Shown piece after piece: positions 27,243-37,634 of a stretch of DNA of 64,000 bases (positions within the stretch are counted from its first letter, which is position 1; every line of letters starts with the position of its first letter). The position numbers and the translations under genes were made by a program. A model generated the notes under the pieces. That model worked only from the letters and a program-made list of their open reading frames with translations, was not told the origin of the DNA and did not search any database. The DNA is from Alphaproteobacteria bacterium (GTDB lineage: Bacteria; Pseudomonadota; Alphaproteobacteria; CAAGCB01; CAG-977), in the NCBI GenBank assembly GCA_900768185.1, contig CAAGCB010000004.1, forward strand, positions 102,815-166,814, in the 5' to 3' direction.

Positions 27243-30200
27243 TTATTTGTTTTCCGTTGCTATATCCGCCATTTTTTCCATCAATTTCCGCATGCCTTTC
27301 AATCTGTCCGCGGGGATATCCCAAACGCGTTTGTACACGATTTTTTGATCGGGGCGCAACTTTGCCGCACCGTTGTTCCGTGCTATAAATTTAACAAGTC
27401 CCGCCGGATTTGGAAAGACATTATTTCGCAAAGTGATGACGGCGCCTTTGGGACCCGCTTCGATTTTTTCGACGTTGGCTTTGCGGCACAGGTTTTTAAT
27501 CGCGATAATTGCCAGCAAATTTTCGACTTCGGGCGGCAAAGCGCCGAAACGATCGGTCATTTCGGCGGCGAACGCTTCGATTTCGCTTGATTCCGTGATG
27601 TCCGCCAGCCGTTTGTACAATCCCATGCGAATCCCCAGATCGCGCACATACGTTTCGGGAATCAAAACGGGCATGCCGGCGCTGATTTGCGGCGACCAGT
27701 TTTGTTCCTTTTCTTCGTCTTTAACGCCGTTTCCGGCTTCGGCGACGGCTTCTTCCAGCATTTTCTGGTACAGTTCGACGCCGACCTCTTTGATATGACC
27801 GGACTGTTCCTCGCCCAGCAGGTTGCCCGCCCCGCGAATGTCCAAATCATAGCTGGCGAGCGTGAACCCCGCCCCCAGCGTATCAAGTTTTTGCATGACT
27901 TCCATGCGTTTCAGGGCGGTTTTTCCGACTTTCTGTCCGGCGGGCAAGGTCAGATAGGCGTATCCGCGCAATTTGCCGCGCCCGACGCGTCCGCGCAACT
28001 GATAAAGCTGAGCCAAACCGAACATGTCCGCGCGGTGGACGATCATCGTGTTGACGGACGGCATGTCCAGCCCCGATTCAATGATCGTCGTCGACAGCAG
28101 AACATCGTATTTTTTGTCGGCGAAAGCGGTCATGATGTCTTCCAATTCCTTGGGCGTCATGCGACCGTGCGCGGCGACGACCTTGATTTCCGGCACAAGG
28201 ACTTTCAGTTTTTTCATCACTTCGTCCATATCGGAAATGCGCGGACAAACGTAGAAAGTCTGCCCGCCGCGCATTCGTTCGCGCATCAGCGCCTCGCGTA
28301 TGACGACGGGATCGAACGGCAAAACGAACGTGCGAACCGCCAGACGGTCGACGGGCGGCGTGGCGATGACGCTAAGCTCCCTCACCCCCGTCAGCGCCAT
28401 TTGCAGGGTTCGCGGAATGGGCGTCGCCGTCAGTGTCAGCACATGGACGTTGGCACGCAGTTGTTTCAGCCGTTCCTTGTGCGCGACGCCGAAATGCTGT
28501 TCTTCGTCAACGATCAACAGTCCCAGTTTTTTAAACGTCAGCGTTTTCGCCAGCAAAGCGTGCGTGCCGACCACGATGTCCAGCGTTCCTTCCGCCAGCT
28601 CTTTTTTCACCTGCGCGGCTTGTTTCGCCCCCGTCAGGCGCGACAGTTGGGCAATTCGCAACGGAAAACCGGATAAACGTTTGAAAAAGGTTTCGTAATG
28701 CTGACGCGCCAGCAACGTCGTGGGTACGACGACGGCGACCTGATCGCCGTTCATCGCGGCGACGAAAGCGGCGCGCAGGGCGACCTCGGTTTTGCCGAAA
28801 CCGACGTCGCCGCAAACCAGACGATCCATCGGGCGACCTTTGGTCAAATCCGTTAAAACGTCGTTGATGCTTTTTTCCTGATCGTCCGTTTCAGTATAGG
28901 GAAAGCGGGCGCAAAAATCGTCGTACACGCCGACGGGAACGGGCAGCGCGTCGGCCTTTTTCAAATAGCGTTCCGCCGCGATTTTGATCAAAGCGTCCGC
29001 CATGTCGCGAATGCGTTTTTTCAACCTCGCCTTTCGCGCCTGCCACGCCGCGCCGCCCAGCTTGTCCAACATGACTCCCGCCTGTTCCGAACCGTAGCGG
29101 GACAAGACTTCGATGTTTTCGACGGGGACGAACAGTTTGTCGTCGTCGGCGTACAGCAAACACACGCAATCATGCGGCGCGCCGCCGACCTGCAAGGTCG
29201 TCAAGCCGCTGTATCGCCCGATTCCGTGGTCGATATGAACGACCAGATCCCCCTCGTTCAGCGCGGACACGTCGGAAATGAATTGATTGCCGCGTTTTTT
29301 ACGTTTGACGGAACGAATCAGACGATCGCCCAAAATATCGGATTCCGAAACGACCGTAACATCGCCGATTCTAAATCCTTGATCCAGCGGCAGAACGGCG
29401 AAAGGCGTTCCGTCCCTTGTTTTCAACGCCTGATCCCAAGTGTCGACCTCGGTCACAACGGCGGCGCGTTCCTTTAACAAAGAAATCAACCTTGCCCTTG
29501 AACCGTTTGAAAAACCGCATAAAACAACGTGACGTTTCTTTTGACGCTCGGCGATGACGAATTTGCGCACCTCGTCATAAAGGTCGGCGTCCGGAACGGC
29601 GCGTTCGGCGGAAAAGTCCCTGCCCGCGCGCCCGCCCGCGTCAATCACGTCGACATCGATTTTCGTTTCCGGCGCGGCAAAGGGAAACAGGCGGTAGACC
29701 GCGCGCGCCGACAACAGAGAATCCAACTCCGCCTTGTCCAAAAACATGCGGTTGACGGGAACGGGGTGGTAGACCATGCCGCCCTCCGACAGACCGTTTT
29801 GTTCCGCTTCCCTGCGCGCCTGATAAAACTCGCCGATTTGCTCGATGCGGGAATCGACCGCCTCGTCCGTCTGATAATCCAGTGAAACAGCGGCGTTTGG
29901 AACAAAAGCGAACAACGTGTCCATGCCGTCGTGAAACAAAGGCAACCAATGTTCCATGCCGACAAAGCGGCGTCCTTCGGAAACGCTTTCGTATAAAACG
30001 TCCTGCGCTCCCATGCCGAACAATTCGCGGTAGTTTGTGCGGAAGCGGGACACGGCGTCGGAACCGAGGGCGACTTCGCTGACGGGCTTGAACGTGAACC
30101 GGTCGATTTTTCCGGTCGTCCTTTGCGTCATGGGATCAAACGTGCGGATTGTTTCCAGTTCGTCCCCGAACAGATCAAGACGCAAAGGTTCCGCCGTTCC

Positions 30201-30728
30201 GGGGGCGAAAACGTCGATAATTCCCCCGCGCACGGCGTATTCGCCCGCCTCCATCACCTGTTCGGTGCGCTGATATCCGTTTTTTTCCAGAAAAGCGTGA
30301 AAAGCCTGCTCGTCAAAGGTCTTGCCCGCTTCGGCGGTCAGCGACGCTTTGAAAAAATCGAACGGCGGCACACGCTGCAAAACGGCGTTGGCGGTCGTGA
30401 CGACCAACCGCGGGGATTTCCCTTTTCCCGAATGCAGCCGCGACAGCGTTTCCAACCGCCGCGCGACAACGTCCGTGTTCGGCGACACGCGGTCATAGGG
30501 AACGGTGTCCCACGCCGGAAAAGCCAGAACGTCCAAAGCCGGCGCAAAAAACGCCAGCTGGTCAAGCAACGCGGACAAACGCGTGTCATCGCGGCAAATA
30601 TGCAAAACATCGCCCGTTTGCCGCGTCATTTCCGCCAGAACCAATGCCGCGGCGTTGTCGGGAACGCCCGCCAGCAGATGCTTTTCGGGATTTTTCGAAA
30701 ATTTCATTTTAAACTTGCTCCGTATCAC
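27243..30728 (-). CDS. mfd: Transcription-repair coupling factor
   Basis: UvrB-homology N-terminus and an RNAP-interaction domain. SF2 translocase motifs are present (GDVGFGKTEVALRAAF, DEEQHFG). The start is GTG at 30728, with an alternative ATG at 30707. Confidence 0.95.
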   Translation of the reverse strand: MIRSKFKMKFSKNPEKHLLAGVPDNAAALVLAEMTRQTGDVLHICRDDTRLSALLDQLAFFAPALDVLAFPAWDTVPYDRVSPNTDVVARRLETLSRLHSGKGKSPRLVVTTANAVLQRVPPFDFFKASLTAEAGKTFDEQAFHAFLEKNGYQRTEQVMEAGEYAVRGGIIDVFAPGTAEPLRLDLFGDELETIRTFDPMTQRTTGKIDRFTFKPVSEVALGSDAVSRFRTNYRELFGMGAQDVLYESVSEGRRFVGMEHWLPLFHDGMDTLFAFVPNAAVSLDYQTDEAVDSRIEQIGEFYQARREAEQNGLSEGGMVYHPVPVNRMFLDKAELDSLLSARAVYRLFPFAAPETKIDVDVIDAGGRAGRDFSAERAVPDADLYDEVRKFVIAERQKKRHVVLCGFSNGSRARLISLLKERAAVVTEVDTWDQALKTRDGTPFAVLPLDQGFRIGDVTVVSESDILGDRLIRSVKRKKRGNQFISDVSALNEGDLVVHIDHGIGRYSGLTTLQVGGAPHDCVCLLYADDDKLFVPVENIEVLSRYGSEQAGVMLDKLGGAAWQARKARLKKRIRDMADALIKIAAERYLKKADALPVPVGVYDDFCARFPYTETDDQEKSINDVLTDLTKGRPMDRLVCGDVGFGKTEVALRAAFVAAMNGDQVAVVVPTTLLARQHYETFFKRLSGFPLRIAQLSRLTGAKQAAQVKKELAEGTLDIVVGTHALLAKTLTFKKLGLLIVDEEQHFGVAHKERLKQLRANVHVLTLTATPIPRTLQMALTGVRELSVIATPPVDRLAVRTFVLPFDPVVIREALMRERMRGGQTFYVCPRISDMDEVMKKLKVLVPEIKVVAAHGRMTPKELEDIMTAFADKKYDVLLSTTIIESGLDMPSVNTMIVHRADMFGLAQLYQLRGRVGRGKLRGYAYLTLPAGQKVGKTALKRMEVMQKLDTLGAGFTLASYDLDIRGAGNLLGEEQSGHIKEVGVELYQKMLEEAVAEAGNGVKDEEKEQNWSPQISAGMPVLIPETYVRDLGIRMGLYKRLADITESSEIEAFAAEMTDRFGALPPEVENLLAIIAIKNLCRKANVEKIEAGPKGAVITLRNNVFPNPAGLVKFIARNNGAAKLRPDQKIVYKRVWDIPADRLKGMRKLMEKMADIATENK

Positions 30729-30785
30729 AAGATAAATACAATAGGATTAAAAGAAAATCATCTTTTATTTTTCAGGAATCCGTCG

Positions 30786-32876
30786 ATGCGTCCCGAAATT
30801 CTGTTCCCGTTCTTCGCCCCGTTGGAAAGTCTGTCCGGAATTGGCAAAAAAACGGCTGTTTTATGCGAAAAACTGTGCGGTTCGACAGTTGCCGACCTGC
30901 TGTTTCACATGCCGACGGGATACATAGACCGCCGATTGAAAACAAAAATCGCCGACGCGCCCGAAAACGCCGTCGTCACGATCGAAGTCGAAGCCGTCCG
31001 CCACATCGCCCCCGCCGCGCGCAAAAGTCCCCATCGGGTGATTTGCCGCGACGACACGGGAACGATTACGGTCGTTTTTTTTCACGCTTTCGGCAATTAT
31101 CCGCTTCAAGCCCTGCCCGTCGGAGAACGGCGTTTCATCAGCGGCAAGGTTGAACGGTTCGGAACGGAAAACGCGCAAATTCAAATGCCGCACCCCGATT
31201 ATATCGTTTCCGAAACGGAATTTGACAAAATTCCGCAAATCGAGTGCGTTTATCCTTTGACAGCCGGTCTTTCCGGTAAAATTTTAAACAAAGCCGTTCG
31301 TGCCGCCATCGAAAAGATGCCCGCCTTGCCTGAATGGCAAGACCCCGCCATGACCGACCGCGAAGGCTGGACGGATTTCCCGACCGCGCTGAAAACAGTC
31401 CATCACCCCCGAAACAACGACGATCTGCGGAATTTGGAACGGGCGAAACAGCGGCTGGCGTATGACGAACTGTTGGCGAACCAACTGGCTTTGGCGTTGG
31501 TGCGCCGCAGTTTGCGCCGCGTCGCGGGACGTTCGATTCACGGGGACGGAAAAATCAGAAAAGCGGTACTTGACGCTTTGCCGTTTTCACTGACAGGCGC
31601 GCAAATCCGCGTCTTAAAGGAAATCAACGCGGATATGGTTTCGCCGTCGCGCATGTTACGGCTGATTCAGGGCGATGTCGGATCGGGCAAAACGATGGTC
31701 GCGCTGTTTTCGATGCTGAACGCGGTTGAAACGGGGGCGCAGGCGGCTTTGATGGCGCCGACGGACATTCTGGCGAACCAGCATTTCAATTCGATTTCGA
31801 AAAACGCGGCGGCGGGCGGCGTCAATGTCGTTTTGCTGACGGGACGCGACAAAGGCAAAAAACGGCGGGAGATTTTGGATCAAATCGCGTCCGGCGCGGC
31901 GCAAATCGTCATCGGTACGCACGCCCTGTTTTCCGAAGACGTCGTTTTTAAGGATTTGGCGCTGACCGTTGTGGACGAACAGCACAAATTCGGCGTGCAT
32001 CAGCGTTTAAGTCTGTCGGAAAAAGGAAAAAACGCGGATATGCTGGTTATGACGGCGACCCCCATTCCCCGCACGTTGGCGCTGACGTATTACGGCGACA
32101 TGGAATCGTCGCAGATCGACGAACTGCCGCCGGGACGCAAACCGATAGCGACGCGCGTCCTGCCCGCGCAAAGACTGGACGAGGTCGCCGCCGCCCTGTG
32201 CCGTACATTAGCGGACGGCAATAAAGTGTACTGGGTTTGCCCGTTGGTCGAGGAAAGCGAAAAAATCGACCTTGCGGCGGCGGAGGAACGCTTTGAATAC
32301 CTGAATCGGCTTTTTCCGAACCGCGTCGGATTGGTGCACGGCAAAATGAAAGGCGTTGAAAAAGACGCAGTCATGAAAAAATTCGCGGGTCGGGAATTTG
32401 ATATTCTGGTCGCCACAACGGTGATTGAAGTCGGCGTTGACGTTCCCGCCGCCACGGTGATGGTGATTGAACACGCGGAACGTTTCGGATTGGCGCAACT
32501 GCACCAGCTGAGGGGACGCATCGGACGCGGGGACAAGGCGTCGACGTGCCTGCTGTTGTACGCCGACCCGCTGAGTCCGACGGCGAAATCGCGGCTGACG
32601 GCGATGCGGGAAACGCAGGACGGCTTTAAAATAGCCGAAGAAGACTTGACCCTGCGCGGCGCGGGCGAAGTTCTGGGAACCAAACAAAGCGGCGTTCAGG
32701 AATTTAAAATCGCTGATCCGGCGACGGACCGCGATTTGCTGACCATGGCGCGCAACGACGCCAAATACATTATGAACATCGATCCCGAATTAAAAACAGA
32801 ACGCGGACGGGCTTTACGGGTATTGCTTTACCTGTTTGGCAAAGACGAAGTCGTAAAAACATTGAGCGCCGGATAA
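30786..32876 (+). CDS. recG: ATP-dependent DNA helicase RecG
   Basis: ATG at 30786 (MRPEILFPFFAPLESLSGIGKK). It has a wedge domain and the helicase motifs GDVGSGKTMVAL and VDEQHKFG. The 5' part of the listed ORF (30123-30785) is antisense to mfd and is not coding. Confidence 0.93.
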   Translation: MRPEILFPFFAPLESLSGIGKKTAVLCEKLCGSTVADLLFHMPTGYIDRRLKTKIADAPENAVVTIEVEAVRHIAPAARKSPHRVICRDDTGTITVVFFHAFGNYPLQALPVGERRFISGKVERFGTENAQIQMPHPDYIVSETEFDKIPQIECVYPLTAGLSGKILNKAVRAAIEKMPALPEWQDPAMTDREGWTDFPTALKTVHHPRNNDDLRNLERAKQRLAYDELLANQLALALVRRSLRRVAGRSIHGDGKIRKAVLDALPFSLTGAQIRVLKEINADMVSPSRMLRLIQGDVGSGKTMVALFSMLNAVETGAQAALMAPTDILANQHFNSISKNAAAGGVNVVLLTGRDKGKKRREILDQIASGAAQIVIGTHALFSEDVVFKDLALTVVDEQHKFGVHQRLSLSEKGKNADMLVMTATPIPRTLALTYYGDMESSQIDELPPGRKPIATRVLPAQRLDEVAAALCRTLADGNKVYWVCPLVEESEKIDLAAAEERFEYLNRLFPNRVGLVHGKMKGVEKDAVMKKFAGREFDILVATTVIEVGVDVPAATVMVIEHAERFGLAQLHQLRGRIGRGDKASTCLLLYADPLSPTAKSRLTAMRETQDGFKIAEEDLTLRGAGEVLGTKQSGVQEFKIADPATDRDLLTMARNDAKYIMNIDPELKTERGRALRVLLYLFGKDEVVKTLSAG

Positions 32877-33007
32877 AAAAGTTGCTTTTCTGCCGAAAAT
32901 CGTGTAAAAAACACCGTCTTTCAATTTTTATTCGGAGCGTTTCGCAATGACAATCGATTTCGCGGGTGAATTTATCCCTTACATTCGTATGTAACGACAG
33001 CGATCGA

Positions 33008-33031
33008 AAGCCCCGCGACGCGGGGCTTTTT
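33008..33031 (+). terminator. Intrinsic terminator
   Basis: GCCCCGC-GAC-GCGGGGC followed by TTTTTC. Confidence 0.7.
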
Positions 33032-33231
33032 CATTTCAATTTTCCTTTTTATTTCAGTTTCTTCCGTCCCTTCCCGCCTTAAACGAACGCGCCTTTCAAC
33101 GCATACCGCGGCGCGCGAATCGCCACAAAATATTAAGAGAGTGTAAGAAAAACACTTTCGTGCATTACATCAAACAGTGTATAAAAATTACAGCACATCT
33201 TGACTTTCTTTACAGGAGCGAAAATCAATTC

Positions 33232-36200
33232 ATGCGCATCGTCACAAAACACGGCCTGTCCGTTTTGAGCCGCCTTTATCAATCCGTTTTAATCAAATGC
33301 CTGCTGGCGGGAATGGTGTTTTTGCCGCGCGCGGCGAACGCCTATTTAAATTTCGATCCGAACACCGGAACGATAACCGTTGATCAAGACTCGGCACTTG
33401 AGAACTCTGTAGAAAACATCAAAACGATCACGTTCGGGAACGGAAAAATTCTTGACGGTCAAGGGAACACCCTTTCCGGCTTTGACGGAGAAAACCTTAC
33501 CCTCTCCACTTCCGGAACGACGTCCGGCGGATCGCTGAACGACATCACGTTAAAAGCTTCCGAAATCGCGGGTGACACGACAGATTCAGCCCCTGTTGAA
33601 ATCACGGGCAATGTTGTTTTTGACGCGGCGACGGTTTCAAACATCCACCTGAAAGGGGGCGATGATTCCGCTTCACTGACACTGAAAGGAACAATGAAGG
33701 GCGGTTCGCTGGCATCACAATTCACAGTTACGGGAACGCTGGATAATGTGGATTTGACATCTTTTGACGGCATTGCCAAAGATACCGCTTTTCTTAATTA
33801 TGACACGTTTAATTTTGATCAGATGAATCTGGCAGGGAAAACGGAAATCCACGCCGATAATATTAACGGAGTCTATCATCTTCCAAATCCACTTTCACAG
33901 AATCTTTTTGAAAGCGGCACAACGCTTGTTTTGCGAAACAAGAATGATTCGGATAAAGGCACATGGGATGTCGGAGGTCAGGGAACAAGCCCTTATGTTA
34001 AGTTACGTGGCGGAAATATTTACGGGAATTTGAAAAACGGCAAACTTTTGATTGACAGCGGCGATTCAATATTTGAGGGCGCCTTGAATAACTTTGTTGT
34101 CGAAATTTGGCGCGACTACGTTTGGAATGGCAATATACGGCTTGATCCGTCGTCATCCGATGTCACGCTTTCCCTTGGTAACGACCTTTCTCGCCCCACC
34201 CCCAATCAAATCACTTTTATCATGACGGCGGATGTGAACAACATATCGGAAGTGTCCATTCACGATACAACCGTCAACGGGAACGGAAAAACCATAACGA
34301 CCCCGACATTGACTGTGGAAAACAACGGTTATTTCAACAACGTTAAAATCAAATCCGGCGAAAATCTGACTGTGACGGGGGGAGGTGCGTTGAACCTGAC
34401 CAATTCGTCGCTGAGCGCGGGAAATTCGATTACGGCAACGGATATCAACGTGACCGGCACGTTGGACGTTGACCTGTACGCGGCCGCCGGCGACCAACGT
34501 TTTTACACCAACAACATTACGGGAACAAACGGCGCGGCGGTCACTTTCCGGACAAGCGGAAAATCATCGGACGGAACCGTGTATTTCAACAAAAAAACGG
34601 GAAATCGGATAGAAATCAAAGACGTTTCTTTGAATTTTTCGGGAACGAACGCCTCGTTTGCGAGCGATGTTTATTTTACAAATGCCAAAATATCGATGAC
34701 GCAACGGGATACCGCTTTTGAATTTCAAGGTCTCTTCTCTGCTTTTTTCAGCGGGGAAAACACCATTTTCGCCGACAATATTAAAACAGATATCGGCCGC
34801 GCCCTTGTTGATACAAACGCCAGTCTGACGTTGAAAAACATTGACGGCACGGGCAACGGTTTGCTGAACGGGAATTTGAACCTGTACGGACATTTCACGG
34901 GCGACATGAAAGGCGACATATTAACCCTCGATGCCGGTTCCGACTGGTCGTTCAGCGGAAAATTGAATGCCGATTCGGTTACAGCTCATTTTACCAACGA
35001 CGACACCCTCGATATGGCAAATTTAAAATTGACGGCGGGTTCGTCCATAGAACGATTGACTTTGATAAGCAGTAAATCCCGATTAACCCCTCGCATGATT
35101 GTCAATTCCGACTTTTCCGTTAATGAATTGCGGCTTATTAACAACGTTAGCTCTGCGGAAACCGCGGCGCGGATCGTCGGAACGGGAACGTTGAAAACGA
35201 ACAAAATCTATCCGTATGACAACAAAAACGCAAAGCTAACCGTTTATTTTGACGGAATCAACATCGCCGCATTGAATGACGATCTGGACTTCACGGGAGT
35301 ACATTTAGGAAAAGCCGCCTTTACGAACAACGCGATTTCCGCGCCAAATCACATCGGGATTGCGGCGGATGCGGATTTCAACGGCAATTCGTCGCTGACC
35401 GCGCAAACCATATCGGTGGTTAAAGCCACCATTAACGGAACCTTGACGGTCAACGGCAAGCTGGTGGCAAGCGGCGGCATCACGGGCGGCACACTGACGA
35501 TGAACGGCAGATTGGTGGCGAAAAACATCACGGACAGCACGCTGAACATCGTGCTGCCCTCCGTCGCCGACCCGATTTCGGAAGGCGCGATCCTCCTCGG
35601 ACGGGCGAGCAACGTCAATCTGAACCTTGATTTGAAAAACGTCAAAAGCAAAAACGCGCAGCAATACTTTGTGGTTGACGAGCTGCACTACGGCGAATAC
35701 ACCATTTCCGGCAGTTACGGAAAATACGCGTTTTCTTCGGACGGCGCATTCACTTTGGACGATTGGAAAGCCGATAAAGACAAATACCTGTTGTCAAACG
35801 TATGGGGTAATTCAAAAGGCAAACTGTGGATTTTAAAGGTCGCGGGCGGCGCGGAAAGCGCGATCGACGATCTGCGCGCGGCGGGAATTTACGTTTCCCC
35901 GACCGAGGAAAACGCGTCCAAAATCCTTGACCTGACCGGCAACAACCCGTTTGCCGACCGGCTGACCGATATGCTGGACAGCGGCGACGCGGGCTTGCAA
36001 AAACAGGCTTTGCGCGAGATTGTTCCGACGGACGCGGCGGCTTCCGCTTTTAAAACCGCGAAAAGCGCGGCGAACGCCGTCATGAACAGCGTTTCCGGTC
36101 GGTTGGGCGGCGGCGGTTCGGACGCTTCCGGTCGTTCGGGCGGCGATCTGACCGTCGGCAAATCCGTCGCGTGGGTGCAAGGGTTGTTCAATCGCGCCAA

Positions 36201-36936
36201 AATGACGGGCGGCGACGGGTTCACGTCCGGCACGACGGGCTTTGCCGCGGGTGTTGAACACAACGTGACCGACGAAATCAAAGCGGGCTTCGGCTATGCT
36301 TTTGCTTCGACCGACATCAAAACCGACCGTTCCAAAACCGACGCGGACACGCACACGGGGTTCGTATATGGTGAATACGTTCCGGACGCGCTTTATGTTA
36401 ACGCGATGCTGGGCTACGGCCGTTCCGATTACGACGACAAAGCCAAATTGTCGGGCATGAAAAATTCGTACAAGGCCGACACGTTTTCCGCACGGATCGC
36501 GGCGGGATACGATATGGGATTGCTGACGCCCGAAGCGGCGTTGCGTTTCACCGCCGTGCGGCAAAACGCCTACACCGACGATCTGGGCGCGCGTGTTTCG
36601 GCGAAAAACCTGAATACGACGACCGCCGTCATCGGCACGAAAGCCGGAAAAGACTTCACAGCCGGCAAATACACCGTATCGCCGGAAATGAAAGCCGCGC
36701 TGACCTACGACCTTTCCCGTCCGAACGAAAGCCGCACGGTTACTTTGCCCGACGGGTCAAGCTATGTCGCCGCGGGCGAACACTTGAAGCGTTTGGGGGT
36801 TGAGGTCGGGGCGAAAGCCGCCGTCCGCCTGACCAACGAAGCGGAATTGTCGGTATCTTACGACGGCGCGTTCAAAGAACACTATCGGGATCACACCGGC
36901 ATGATCAACGTCAAAATCGATTTCCGCCCCTTATAA
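33232..36936 (+). CDS. Autotransporter (type Va) with a long beta-helical passenger and a C-terminal beta-barrel
   Basis: ATG at 33232 behind AGGAG. The signal peptide ends ...PRAANA. The passenger is rich in G/T/N/L repeats. The last ~300 aa follow an autotransporter barrel pattern (alternating aromatic/aliphatic beta strands: GFGYAF, FVYGEY, YVNAMLGYG). Confidence 0.85.
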   Translation: MRIVTKHGLSVLSRLYQSVLIKCLLAGMVFLPRAANAYLNFDPNTGTITVDQDSALENSVENIKTITFGNGKILDGQGNTLSGFDGENLTLSTSGTTSGGSLNDITLKASEIAGDTTDSAPVEITGNVVFDAATVSNIHLKGGDDSASLTLKGTMKGGSLASQFTVTGTLDNVDLTSFDGIAKDTAFLNYDTFNFDQMNLAGKTEIHADNINGVYHLPNPLSQNLFESGTTLVLRNKNDSDKGTWDVGGQGTSPYVKLRGGNIYGNLKNGKLLIDSGDSIFEGALNNFVVEIWRDYVWNGNIRLDPSSSDVTLSLGNDLSRPTPNQITFIMTADVNNISEVSIHDTTVNGNGKTITTPTLTVENNGYFNNVKIKSGENLTVTGGGALNLTNSSLSAGNSITATDINVTGTLDVDLYAAAGDQRFYTNNITGTNGAAVTFRTSGKSSDGTVYFNKKTGNRIEIKDVSLNFSGTNASFASDVYFTNAKISMTQRDTAFEFQGLFSAFFSGENTIFADNIKTDIGRALVDTNASLTLKNIDGTGNGLLNGNLNLYGHFTGDMKGDILTLDAGSDWSFSGKLNADSVTAHFTNDDTLDMANLKLTAGSSIERLTLISSKSRLTPRMIVNSDFSVNELRLINNVSSAETAARIVGTGTLKTNKIYPYDNKNAKLTVYFDGINIAALNDDLDFTGVHLGKAAFTNNAISAPNHIGIAADADFNGNSSLTAQTISVVKATINGTLTVNGKLVASGGITGGTLTMNGRLVAKNITDSTLNIVLPSVADPISEGAILLGRASNVNLNLDLKNVKSKNAQQYFVVDELHYGEYTISGSYGKYAFSSDGAFTLDDWKADKDKYLLSNVWGNSKGKLWILKVAGGAESAIDDLRAAGIYVSPTEENASKILDLTGNNPFADRLTDMLDSGDAGLQKQALREIVPTDAAASAFKTAKSAANAVMNSVSGRLGGGGSDASGRSGGDLTVGKSVAWVQGLFNRAKMTGGDGFTSGTTGFAAGVEHNVTDEIKAGFGYAFASTDIKTDRSKTDADTHTGFVYGEYVPDALYVNAMLGYGRSDYDDKAKLSGMKNSYKADTFSARIAAGYDMGLLTPEAALRFTAVRQNAYTDDLGARVSAKNLNTTTAVIGTKAGKDFTAGKYTVSPEMKAALTYDLSRPNESRTVTLPDGSSYVAAGEHLKRLGVEVGAKAAVRLTNEAELSVSYDGAFKEHYRDHTGMINVKIDFRPL

Positions 36937-36946
36937 ATTCCAACCG

Positions 36947-36984
36947 AAAACGCCGCCCCGATTGCCATATCGGACGGCGTTTTT
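36947..36984. terminator. Bidirectional terminator between the autotransporter and the lipoprotein gene
   Basis: Outer stem AAAACGCCG / CGGCGTTTT and inner stem CCGAT / ATCGG. Confidence 0.65.
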
Positions 36985-36992
36985 CGCGCTGA

Positions 36993-37619
36993 TTATCGAT
37001 TGGTCGTCACCGCCCGGCGATAGGTTTGCACCAGCTCGTTTGCGCCGGATTCCTTGCCGCCCGTCTGTTCGATTTTATGCGCCAGTTCATTTTCGGGAAT
37101 ATTCATCATCTGTGCCAGCGTTTTTGTTTTTTCGCCGCGACCGACGGACGCTTCGGCTTTTAAATCATCATAGTTCAGCATAAAAAAACGCCGGATTTCC
37201 TGCTCGTTCCGCTGTTGTTCCAAATCTTCGGCAGAACCTTTTTCAATCATGTGAACGTAAATTTTCGCGGGTTCGTATTCATACGCCGCACCGGTAGCCA
37301 GATCAACCGTCGTCGCGGGCGAAAAAGTCACGTTCGACGTCAGCATGTGTTTGAAAAAACTTTTTTCCGGAACGACCGTCAGGAAAAACGGACGATTGAC
37401 GTATCCGGCCTTTTTGGCGACAAAGTATAAATCGTTTTTCTGGCGGGGCAATTCGATTTCGCACGGCGTCGCGCAGACGACCCGTCCGTCGCGATCAAAA
37501 ATCGTCGTTTCGTCAATATTTGACGAGAAAAAAACGCTCTGCGTTTTACCGACCTCCATCAACCCGCACCCCGTCAGGGCGGTCAGCATCACGACGGAAT
37601 ACATTGATTTTATTTTCAT
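36993..37619 (-). CDS. Hypothetical lipoprotein
   Basis: Lipobox LTGCG. No assignable family. Confidence 0.6.
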   Translation of the reverse strand: MKIKSMYSVVMLTALTGCGLMEVGKTQSVFFSSNIDETTIFDRDGRVVCATPCEIELPRQKNDLYFVAKKAGYVNRPFFLTVVPEKSFFKHMLTSNVTFSPATTVDLATGAAYEYEPAKIYVHMIEKGSAEDLEQQRNEQEIRRFFMLNYDDLKAEASVGRGEKTKTLAQMMNIPENELAHKIEQTGGKESGANELVQTYRRAVTTNR

Positions 37620-37634
37620 GATCTTTTTCCTTTC

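Noticed and set aside
30123-30785. 5' extensions of listed ORFs: recG 30123-30785, nifJ 60566-60835, ppiB 9671-9760, moxR 54918-54980, motA 21654-21722 and others.
   Set aside because: The extensions overlap neighbouring genes or lack family similarity. In each case an internal ATG with a good SD begins the conserved N-terminus.
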